64,000 nucleotides of DNA, taken from Pecten maximus (lineage: Eukaryota). Where the stretch lies: assembly GCF_902652985.1 (NCBI RefSeq), contig NC_047027.1:33976001-34040000 (forward strand), written 5' to 3'. Positions 1-11,249 of the stretch are shown here, piece after piece (the stretch's first letter is position 1; the number at the start of each line of letters is the position of its first letter). A program made the position numbers and the translations under genes. The notes under the pieces are model-generated. The model had not been told where the DNA came from and ran no database searches. It saw only the letters and a program-made list of their open reading frames with translations.

Positions 1-2922
1 GTATGTGTATTCAAACCACAAAACAACACTGACACTGCCGACTTAATACTATTGTGGTAAAAACAGTGGGTATTGGATACAGAATTTACAAAAAAAACAA
101 AAAAAAAAAAAAAAAAAAACGTTCAGTAATACCTTCACCCGTTACCATTTTAGATGTTTTACAAAATGTATTATTCCAAAAAGGCACCTTGATTTGGGAG
201 ACAAAATCAATGAGATAATCACAAGATTGGAAAATTAAAGAGAATGTAGAATGATTTCTTAGAGAAAAAGAAAAATATGAAAACGTTGTGATGATACTGA
301 AGCATGTGCAGGTGAGATGTTCGTTCTGTTAATTGATGAGAGATATGGTCACATCGGTCGGATGTAGGGGATATCCCGGTCAATCAGTCTGGAGAGCCTA
401 ACGACTATCAGGAGACATGTGAGCAGATCGGAGGAACCTGATACAGGCGAGAAGTAGGCAGAGGTTGCTTCCAGCTGGATTTGGAGGAAGAGGGAGGAAA
501 GATGGGGTGCTCATCAGGCAAAGTGCTAACCACAAGGTGACGAGAGACAGGTAGGCATCACTGCCCGAGGTGATGTAGCAGGTGACAAGATGTTGCAGAA
601 ACAGCAAGGTCAACACGCCGCAGTACCAGCAAGCGGCGACAAGAGCCGACCGGTCCCTGGTTGGACCTGATCAACCCAGCCGGCGAACCTCTGGAGGACG
701 TCGTGGAAAGCGCCGGAACGTCTGAGGAAGGAGGATGCACCTAATGATGTGCCCGGCCAGTATTGGATTCAGTTATTCAGTGTATTCAAGGTATATTACT
801 CTTCTAGAAAAGGAAAATATTTAACAATTGGTATTATAGAAATAAAGAAATCAATTGAATGTTTATCTACTATCGCTATCTTCAATATCTTACTTGTAAA
901 CCTTATCCTCCTAAACAGATTCCTACATAGGTTTACGTTTAAAGGGGCATAACCTCTTCCAGACATCAGAAACATGCACAATTTCTATTGATGAAATCTA
1001 CGTCCGAACGATGATTATATGAGAGTTTGTGCCTTCAAGTAATGGAATTAACACCGCGATGTACATGAAATAGGGGTATTGTATACACATACCGTATGTC
1101 TTTGCGGTAATCAGTGACAACTTCGGGTCGAATTAATAATTTTAGGACCTAATACACGAAGAACTCTGGTTTATCGTAAGAGAAAAACTGCAGTTTTAAT
1201 GTAAAGATTATTACTTTCAGTACTTGGGAAAAATACATGTTTTCCATTAAGTTTAATTTTGACAACCTAAACTTTATTCAAACGAAGATATGCCCCTTTA
1301 ACTGTCTTATATAAATTAACCAACGCATATTTTCCAAATAAAATCTTTATTCATTGTAAAATATTCATCTACTTCAGGATAAGTGCAAGCAGTCATCATT
1401 TCTTCTCATCTTCTGGATTTTTACATAAACGCTTTTTGCATACGCACTTAACTACGAAAGTGTCAGTACTGATCTTTAACTGTTCGAAAACTTACACAAA
1501 TTAGAAATTATCTTTAAATACGTATAATAGTCTGTTCCGCTTAACTGCTCAGTGTTTGAGATTACTAGCAGATGATGGAATATCAAATATCTCATAAAAA
1601 GAATAAGATTACAAGTTGTAAATGATGAAATATATTTATACAGATAATAGTTAGGAAACATTCCAATTATCTTTGTTTCTAGCACAAGCTGGATATACAC
1701 AGCTTAGGATTAATTTGCGAATGCCCTTCAAAGAATTTAATTTCAAAATTGAAACAAAAATAATGTGAGTTTCCTAGTTTGTATATGATGTTAACCACCC
1801 TTTAGCAAATCAAAACATTCATGTACGGAGATGTACACGGATAATAGTTCTGCTCAGCGGTCAAATTTAAAGTGACCTCACAGAAATATCGGCGATATTG
1901 TTACACTTTCCGAAAGGTCAAATGCTCCAACCTTTCGATTTGATTCTTTCTGTGAAATACAAGGAAGCAACGTGGTATGAAAGCTGCGAAGAGATACGAA
2001 AATGTGTCGTAAATAATCACCGATAGGACAAAATACCAACAAGAACAAAAACAGACCCTTTCAGATAAATAAATTTGGTGGTGAATGGTTAAATGTTTAA
2101 CATTTTTCTATTTACATAGTACTGTACATCGAATGCTGGTCAGCAACTAGCCTGCTTTACTTTTTTGAATGAATTAAAGTTGTAATAATAATAATAATAA
2201 AACAAATAAATAAAAAAAAAATAAAAAAAAAAAATAAAAAAAATAAATAAAAAAAGATAAATAAATAAAATAATATATTTTTTTTCAAAGGAGTAAATAA
2301 CTGTATTGCTTCTTTAGGTCAAATCTCAACACCAATATCAGTATGTACAAATTCAAAGCAACCAGCTCAGGAGACGCCAGCATCACTATCGGTAACTACC
2401 TGTAAAATCTACTGTTCTATTGTCTTATCTACCTAAGTCGAGTTGTTCGCTTCTTTTCACTTTTGTTTTCATAAATGTTTTCTTTCACAATATACAGTTA
2501 TTTGGTAACACTATTAGGATTCAGACGTTGAATGTGGATATACGTCAGGCGTGTTACCTATATATTACTTATAACATGAGATACACAGATTATCATCAAA
2601 GAGACGTAAACTATCGAAAGGTTGCGTGCTTTAATGACACATTACATATAATATAGATAAAAATGGACAAAAATATTAACAAGTGTAAGTCGGTTACCCT
2701 GGCTCAATTAATTTTATATTTGAGAGAATATTTTCATTCATTACCGAATATTACCCCATAAAACATTTGATAACAACACTTTCCCCTGTGATAAGAGTAA
2801 AAAAAACAAATTTACATAATGAGAAAAAAGTCTATACAACATATTTCATCATTATTCTGACAACTATGCGTAACGTTCAACGTACATAGTTGATGACAAA
2901 ACTGTTTTGAATAAGATATTTC

Positions 2923-5655
2923 TCAGTCATAAAAAAAATCAGATGAATCGTCTTCAAATATAACCGTTCCGTTCTCGTCACAGATCAGATCCATACTCTT
3001 GCTCTTTTGTTTAGATAAGCGTGGTTTGTTCCGACGTTTGCGAGATCTCAGGATGTTGTCCACTTCTGTAACGAGCCCCGGGAGTCCGTAAAAATCAGCC
3101 TCCTCTCTGAGAAGGTAGAGTTCCTTGTAGCCCTGTGGCACGGTCAGTTTCGAGGTTCGAAGATAATTCAGGACATATCTGCAATGAAATCACCAGAAAT
3201 ATTTAATTACAAAACAATTTGGTTTATGAAACTTTAAAAATCAAGTAAATAAGCAAAAAGAACTATGGTATTATGGACCTGTCCTGAACTGTATCCCCCT
3301 CGGCCTTCGGTCTCGGGTAATATTGTCCAGGTAAGGTTCATAAAACCATGGATTGCCCTCAACCAAAGTCTGTATTTGTATAATATATCGCCAATTGTTA
3401 ATTTGATGTGTACAAGTCGTATTCCCCTGTTAGTTTTTCCTTAATAATTAAAGTTATAATCTTTACATTAATACGACAGTTTTACTCTCAAGATAAACCA
3501 AAATGATTCAGGTACTTAATCCTAAAATTCTTAATTCGCCCCGAAGTACCACTAATTACCACAAAGAAAGAAGTTATTTTACGATTTGTCATTGTTCTGA
3601 AAATTTCAGCGTTACATGTAATTTCATTACTGGTAGGCACAGACACTCATATATTTCCTGTTCGGATATAGATTTCATCAATAGAAATTATACATGTTTC
3701 TGCTGTCCAAACGAAGGAATCCCCCCCCCCCCCCCCCCCCCCCTTTAAAGAATTGTGAGAGTAAATCAGCCTTAGTCATTACAGCTTCACGTGATATAAA
3801 ACAGACTTGAGCATCACCTACCTAGGAGATAGAAATACGTATCAGTCGTGTTTATGATCGGATAATATGATATTTGCTGGCATACATTTTAATCGATCTA
3901 TGACAGTATACGAGAGCGTTGTATGTGTTTCGGAGGGAAACAGCTGGCCTGAAGTCGTCTATAACTCAATATTGATGTATGTTACCTGGGATATGATATA
4001 TAAACACTGTATCGGAGTACAACTTATCCGGAAATCACCTGATCATAGCGCCTACACAAACTTTTGTTGTTTATATTTATGTTTATTTGTTTTTAATTTT
4101 ATTTAGTTATTTTTTGTTTGTTTGTTTTTTCTTCTTTTTTTTCACGCTTGCCTGCTATTTTTCATTTTTTTTTAAATTTGTTTTCCCCCTTTTTAAGGTT
4201 ATCTTTTTGGTTGCGGGATATTTTCTAAAAACTTTTCCGATACTATGAGTGCTGATACAACATGTATATTAAGCAATGGACAGTGGTTTTAATGTTGTTA
4301 TAGTCGATATGGTAGCAAGATGTATGGTGGGCAAATGTAGCATGGAACCCGCTCGTTAGGGTTTCCATGCTACATTTGCACATCATATATCTTGCTGCCA
4401 TATCGACTATAACAACATTAAAACCACTGTTCAGTACTTATATTTACATTATCTTACCATTTTCGTCAACTTAGAAAAAAATAAACTAACATAAAAAATC
4501 CCACCTTTTTTAATAACACATGACCCACTGGGTGTGATAGCCGTATATTTACATTTGCTCCGCATTTTCCCATTGACACAATGCTAAGAGGCAGTTGCCA
4601 CCATACGCCTATAACACCCAGTGCCTCAGGTTATAACACCCAGTGGGTCATGTGACATTGAAAGAGGCAGGGTTTTTTTGTGTTGGTTTATTTTTTTTCA
4701 AAGTTGACGAAAATGGTGAGACAATGTAAATATAAGTATTGAACGGGTTCCCATGCCATTTGCCTTCCATACATCTTGCTGCCATATCGACTATAACAAC
4801 ATTAAAACCACCGTTCATTGCTTAAATGGTGGCAACTGCCTCTTAGCATTGTGTCAATGGGGAAATGCGGAGCAAATGTAAATAAATAACACTGTTATAT
4901 GTACCAATTAGTTGTATGAATAGATGAAAAAAAGCCGACTAAACCAGTATATGAATTGCCATATTAGTAATTAATGTCAATATCAATTCTGCTTTAATCA
5001 GTCATTAATATTATTTACCCTGACAAATCGAGCCATCTATCATTAACAGGGCGTTTTACCAACGAAAAACAGTGTTATAACGTTTTTTTATGAATAAAAT
5101 AATATCTCTAAATAGATAAAATAAATTGCCTCGGCTTATCATGAGGAACTTCATTACACTTTGAGCTAGTTAGATACAGATTAATGAATACGTTATCAAC
5201 CACGGAGAGGAGGGTAGTAAAGGGGCCATATTCATCATAACGTTCGAAAATTCTGTTAACTTTGTGATTAAAACAAAACTGCTCAATTCTATGTTTTGTC
5301 TTAGCTACATATTCAATGTTAGAAATATAGGTCATGTATTCAATGTCATTCAACACATTTGGAAGGTATCAGGTTAAATAGAAGCCCCGTTAAAAGTTAT
5401 TTATTAAGACTGTTTCATCTAAAATGTAACGACGATGCTAGATATATCTAACAATTCTTAGCGACCCCACACAAACCTGAATACGTGTCCATCTCGATCG
5501 ATGAAGATTGTGCCCCGATGATCCCGCATGGAGTTGATTTCCCCCACGGCGACTCTGTCCAGGAAGCCTCCTCGGACACTGGTCATTACGGACTTTGACG
5601 TTGTATATAGGGCTCCCCCTACATTGAGCTTGATAATTCTGTCCCGCTCCGCCAT
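2923..5655 (-). CDS. KCTD-family BTB/POZ (T1 tetramerisation domain) protein, BTB-only, 144 aa, 2 exons
   Basis: Exon 1 5655-5477 (MAERDRIIKLNVGGALYTTSKSVMT...FIDRDGHVF, donor AG|GTTTGT) joins in phase 2 to exon 2 3178-2923 (acceptor TTGCAG|). The junction reads [43 protein letters not shown], which matches the KCTD T1 motifs LNVGG, IDRDG, FRYxLNxLR and EAxFY. It is closest in style to KCTD6/1/15. Total 435 nt. Confidence 0.92.
3266..3352. repeat. Short fold-back (hairpin) element in KCTD intron
   Basis: atggtattatggacctgtcctgaac...ccctcggcc-ttcg-gtctcggg...gtccaggtaaggttcataaaaccat is an imperfect palindrome centred on a TTCG loop. Confidence 0.55.
4270..4885. mobile_element. Nested inverted-repeat (MITE/fold-back-like) element in KCTD intron
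   Basis: About 4270-4345 is the reverse complement of both ~4361-4432 and ~4748-4823. ~4428-4540 pairs with ~4635-4744, and ~4545-4603 pairs with ~4826-4883. No coding capacity. Confidence 0.7.
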
Positions 5656-6985
5656 GTATAAGGTTATATTTATTGATTACCCGTAGTAATATCTTGATGG
5701 CGACATATGTTACATGTTATTTACGGACTTGGTTAAGTTACTTAGAAAATACATTTTGTGTTCGAGTTACCTCCCCTACACCATAAATAAAAGCATTTAA
5801 ACCTTAAATCGAACGGAAAAAAACTATCACCGAGTTAATAGGATTATTTGGAAATGAGTTATTTATATATTTTTATCATTAGCTGGATTGTTTTGAAATA
5901 CGTGTGCGGCGAAATTTTCAAGGAAAAAATATTTCTCATAAATATAGATATATGACTTTTTTATACACAAGACATGCCGCGAAGGCAAAGGAAAGCATTT
6001 GGTAAAATATCAACATCATCTACGACTAACAGAGCCAAAGTCGTCTGTTAGACATTGTTAAAAGATAGGTTTAACGTGGAAAGCAACCCTGAATCTGTGA
6101 TAAAACTTCTCTGCATTTGATAAACAAACCCAAGCTTCTCTGTTTGTCATCCGGGGATGTGACCCGACGCGCGCAGGGATGGTACATGTTCTATTTATAG
6201 ATGTTTGTTACATTTTTACGTATAGATTGTTGACGTATCAGAGCAGCTTTCGGGATGAAATTAAACAGATATTAACCCAATATGATTATGAAGTCTAACT
6301 TGGTAAAGTATCATATTAATACAAAAAAAAAAAAAAAAATACAAAAAAATAGAGCGACTTTAAGGCGGGCGAGATAGAACGACTGCGATGTATGTTAAAT
6401 ATTTCTTTATCTATTTATGACCGCAGACAGACTAATGTTAAATGAGAATTATTATTCATTTTATAAACTTTATCGTATTTTGGTAATTGATTGGGGAAAA
6501 TGTTTCCACGAAAAAGTAGAAAAAAAGAAGAAGACAATAATGTAGGAATCACTTTGATTTCCTGAGTACTATATGTCTCGTTTACATCTTAAAAAATTGC
6601 GAATACATGATTTTGCCAATTCTGAAATGATTTTAAATAGGCAAATGACGAGCTATTAGAGACGTGGATTTCTATATCGGTAGCCATTACAGGTAGCTTA
6701 GTCGCCATTGCAAGGTGTGATTTTCTTAGAAATAATAGCGAAGTATTTGAATTCGGTATTGATTCTCCTCGAGTCTTCACGCGAAAATAAATTCCACGCG
6801 AAATATAAGTGATTTGCAGTATGGTACATGTAAGTATGTTGCTTCATTGGAATATAAATTGTCAAGAAGAATAAAAGACGCTGTTCAGGAATAAAGTGAG
6901 CTTCTTTGTTAAATTGTATAACGATTTATTCATCAATAATACTCCTAAGTACATCTCTTTTATTAACATTCTAAAAGGGGTAAAA

Positions 6986-8553
6986 TTATCCAACAACTGG
7001 CGCAGGACCGGAAACCATTTTTGTTGTCGTCATCGAATCGGTGGTGCTCATGGCAGCTTTTGCTGACGTCATTGTATTCGTTGTTGTATCTGATGAGGCA
7101 GCCATCGTTTGTCCCATCGTGGTCATCATATCGGTAGATGATGCCATTGCTGTCGTCATAGCCTCGGTTGTAGTTGATTCCTCGGTTGTCATGGCAGCGC
7201 CATTGCATGTTCCGTCACTTAAACTGAGTGCGAACCCAGATTTACACTTGGTGCATTTCCCGAGAAAATTGCACGTGTCACAGTTTGTGTCCTTACAGGC
7301 TGAAAAAAGTAATGATAATATGTATTCAATCAACTTATACATCATGTTTTTGTTTTGTTTTTTTGTTTCACTCGAGCATGTCGGCATAGCATGTCGGCCA
7401 TTTACATGAAACTGAACACAAAATGACTATATCATGGAGACCTGACTTTATCATGGAAACATATTTTTTTTTGACGCAAATGACTATTAATTACATTATC
7501 TGACCTTGAGCCAATTGATATTTGATAATAAAAGATATATTATTTTGTACAATAAAATTGGCTTACACATATTTCAATATCAATCTAATATTTCAAAATG
7601 TTTATTAAAAGACATTGGAAATAATACACCAATATACAATATTAAATTGTTCTGACAACAAATCTAGACTCCTTTTTAGTCAGACACATATAGTTTGCTA
7701 TAAAACGTATTTTTATTTAACCCACCTCTACAGATCGAAAACCGGATTTGCTGGCAATAGAACCCAGATGGACACGATGCCAAGCAGACCCCAATACTGA
7801 AACAAATCAATATAAGAATACTGACATCGTTTAAACACTTTTCAGGAAGACATTTTCTCTCTGCTGATGTTTTCTGAAAACAATTTTTTTGAAATTATTT
7901 GGTGTTTCCACTTTAAAATTTGTCCTCACGACATTTTCGTTGTGTTATTTGTTACTTGACTAGAAGTGACGTCACAAAAATCAGTTTATCATATTTTGTA
8001 TGTCAATGGATGAGATTGATTTTCCTATGGGTACAGGCTGTGATATTTCAGTGGGATTACATTATATGATAACGCCATCTCTACACGTGAGCTCGATTGT
8101 GAAGACGTCTATAAGTAACCGTCACCTGAACCCTCCAGTCAACAGGTTATACCTACCTTGATGTGCCATGCTTTTGGTAGTGAAGGCAGTATCCGTTTTC
8201 ACAGAGAGAACACCCCACCTGGCTAGCGCAGGGAGTTATTTTACAATGATCAGGGCAAGCTGCATAAGAGTAAGAATACGTCTACAATGACTTAAATTGA
8301 ATGTTTAATTGGCATATGATTTCTTCCGAAAAAGTTGCATTTTGAAAAACAAATACATTCATCATTTGAATAGTTCCTTCGTTTAAAAATGTGAAAAACC
8401 TTTATTTGCTTGATGAATACAGATTGTGTTGTTAATCCCGCCATACTTACCGCCGTACCCTCCGCTTGTTTCTGTTATTACACTCTCATTAGCGGCTAGA
8501 AATCCTCGGGACGCTTGGAACAGGGCCAATCCCACCACGGATATTAGTAGCAT
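6986..8553 (-). CDS. Secreted R-spondin-like protein (signal peptide + Fu1 + truncated Fu2 + Met/Thr-rich tail), 196 aa, 4 coding exons
   Basis: Exons: 8553-8451 (MLLISVVGLALFQASRG...SGGYG, G|GTAAGT); 8259-8157 (ACPDHCKITPCASQVGCSLCENGYCLHYQKHGTS, AG|GTAGGT); 7796-7726 (SIGVCLASCPSGFYCQQIRFSICR, G|GTGGGT); 7299-6986 (ACKDTNCDTCNFLGKCTKCKSGFALSLSDGTC + Met/Thr tail, TAA). All introns are GT-AG with compatible phases (1,2,1); total 591 nt. AATAAA on the - strand at ~6963-6958 and ~6930-6925. An acceptor at 8563 implies a further upstream exon. IGVCLxSCPSG and CDTCxxxxxCTKCKSGF match vertebrate RSPO3 as I recall it. Confidence 0.85.
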
Positions 8554-9015
8554 ATTGCATGTCTGAAAGAGAATGGATCGTTAACTCATGCTTGTATGAT
8601 CGGGAGTATTCGGCACACGAAAAGTGCCGAAGATTCCGGATTGATTCTTATAAAGCTTCTGCGACTTATATATATATATATATATTTTTTGTTGTTGTTT
8701 TTGTTTTTGTGCTGTTTTTTTGTGATGAAATTCAATTTTTCTCATTTTTTGGGGGTTTCAAATAATGAGAAAATAATTCCAAATAAAAGTTGGTCCACCG
8801 GATGTTTCTTAAAGGGATTCAAAATAGTTCCACTGGTTATTGTATTTGACACCATAAAATTTTACAATCTGACTTCACATATATGAATTGAATATCTACT
8901 TGATTGAAGTGTTTTATGGTAGAAGTTTTGAAGTTGTATTTCTCTCACCTAACCTTTTGATTTCAATAGATTTAGTGACATGAAAAACATGTTCACCTCA
9001 GTCGTGATATTCAGC

Positions 9016-10853
9016 AGGCTAATACAATAGATTGAGACAATTAACCTTACCAGGCTAATACAATAGATTGAGACAATTAACCTTACCAGGCTAATACAAT
9101 AGATTGAGACAATTAACCTTACCAGGCTAATACAATAGATTGAGACAATTAACCTTACCAGGCTAATACAATAGATTGAGACAATTAACCTTACCAGGCT
9201 AATACAATAGATTGAGACAATTAACCTTACCAGGCTAATACAATAGATTGAGACAATTAACCTTACCAGGCTAATACAATAGATTGAGACTATTAACCTT
9301 ACCAGGCTAATACAATAGATTGAGACTATTAACCTTACCAGGCTAATACAATAGATTGAGACAATTAACCTTACCAGGCTAATACAATAGATTGAGACAA
9401 TTAACCTTACCAGGCTAATACAATAGATTGAGACAATTAACCTTACCAGGCTAATACAATAGATTGAGACAATTAACCTTACCAGGCTAATACAATAGAT
9501 TTAGACAATTAATCTTACCAGGCTAATACAATAGATTTAGACAATTAACCTTACCAGGCTAATACAATAGATTGAGACAATTAATCTTACCAGCCTAATA
9601 CAATAGATTGAGACAATTAACCTTACCAGGCTAATACAATAGATTGAGACAATTAATCTTACCAGGCTAATACAATAGATTGAGACTATTAACCTTACCA
9701 GGCTAATACAATAGATTGAGACAATTAACCTTACCAGGCTAATACAATAGATTGAGACAATTAACCTTACCAGGCTAATACAATAGATTGAGACTATTAA
9801 CCTTACCAGGCTAATACAATAGATTGAGACTATTAACCTTACCAGGCTAATACAATAGATTGAGACTATTAACCTTACCAGGCTAATACAATAGATTGAG
9901 ACAATTAACCTTACCAGGCTAATACAATAGATTGAGACAATTAACCTTACCAGGCTAATACAATAGATTGAGACTATTCACCTTACCAGGCTAATACAAT
10001 AGATTGAGACAATTAACCTTACCAGGCTAATACAATAGATTTAGACAATTAACCTTACCAGGCTAATACAATAGATTGAGACAATTAACCTTACCAGGCT
10101 AATACAATAGATTGAGACAATTAACCTTACCAGGCTAATACAATAGATTGAGACAATTAACCTTACCAGGCTAATACAATAGATTGAGACTATTCACCTT
10201 ACCAGGCTAATACAATAGATTGAGACAATTAACCTTACCAGGCTAATACAATAGATTTAGACAATTAACCTTACCAGGCTAATACAATAGATTGAGACAA
10301 TTAACCTTACCAGGCTAATACAATAGATTGAGACAATTAACCTTACCAGGCTAATACAATAGATTGAGACTATTAACCCTACCAGGCTAATACAATAGAT
10401 TGAGACAATTAACCTTACCAGGCTAATACAATAGATTGAGACTATTAACCTTACCAGGCTAATACAATAGATTGAGACAATTAACCTTACCAGGCTAATA
10501 CAATAGATTGAGACTATTAACCTTACCAGGCTAATACAATAGATTGAGACAATTAACCTTACCAGGCTAATACAATAGATTGAGACAATTAACCTTACCA
10601 GGCTAATACAATAGATTGAGACAATTAACCTTACCAGGCTAATACAATAGATTGAGACAATTAACCTTACCAGGCTAATACAATAGATTGAGACAATTAA
10701 CCTTACCAGGCTAATACAATAGATTGAGACAATTAACCTTACCAGGCTAATACAATAGATTGAGACAATTAACCTTACCAGGCTAATACAATAGATTGAG
10801 ACTATTAACCTTACCAGGCTAATACAATAGATTAAGACTATTAACCTTACCAG
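9016..10853. repeat. 36-bp tandem satellite, ~51 copies
   Basis: Unit caggctaatacaatagattgagacaattaaccttac repeated head-to-tail without spacers; only point variants (acaatt/actatt, ttgag/tttag). Confidence 0.98.
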
Positions 10854-11249
10854 AAGTCTTTGATTCTAAAATATGAATTAATTGACTGGTGTACAAAATT
10901 ACGAAAATGCTTTTAGCATCGTTAAACCATTTTACCTTGAATGATTCAAAGGTGAAGCATGATACGTCATTCTATTGAATTAATCCAAATATAATATCTG
11001 AACCCTACATATTACTGCATCTTTTAGTATTAGAAATGACTGACCATTCAAACAATTTTTTTTTATAGAAAATTGGTACAAGACGTAATTTTTCATTTCG
11101 AATAATATTTTGAACAAACTACATCATTTTGTGGAATGCCCCTTGACTAAACCTAGCAATCCATTGTAGCTAGGCATTGCATTCAATATCATGTTTGAAC
11201 TTAAAGCCTTTATTTGTTTTACACCTAGTTAATTTGCACCTCATACCCT

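Noticed and set aside
7041-7409. + strand Val/Ile/Ala-rich ORF of 122 aa
   Set aside because: Antisense of the Met/Thr tail exon.
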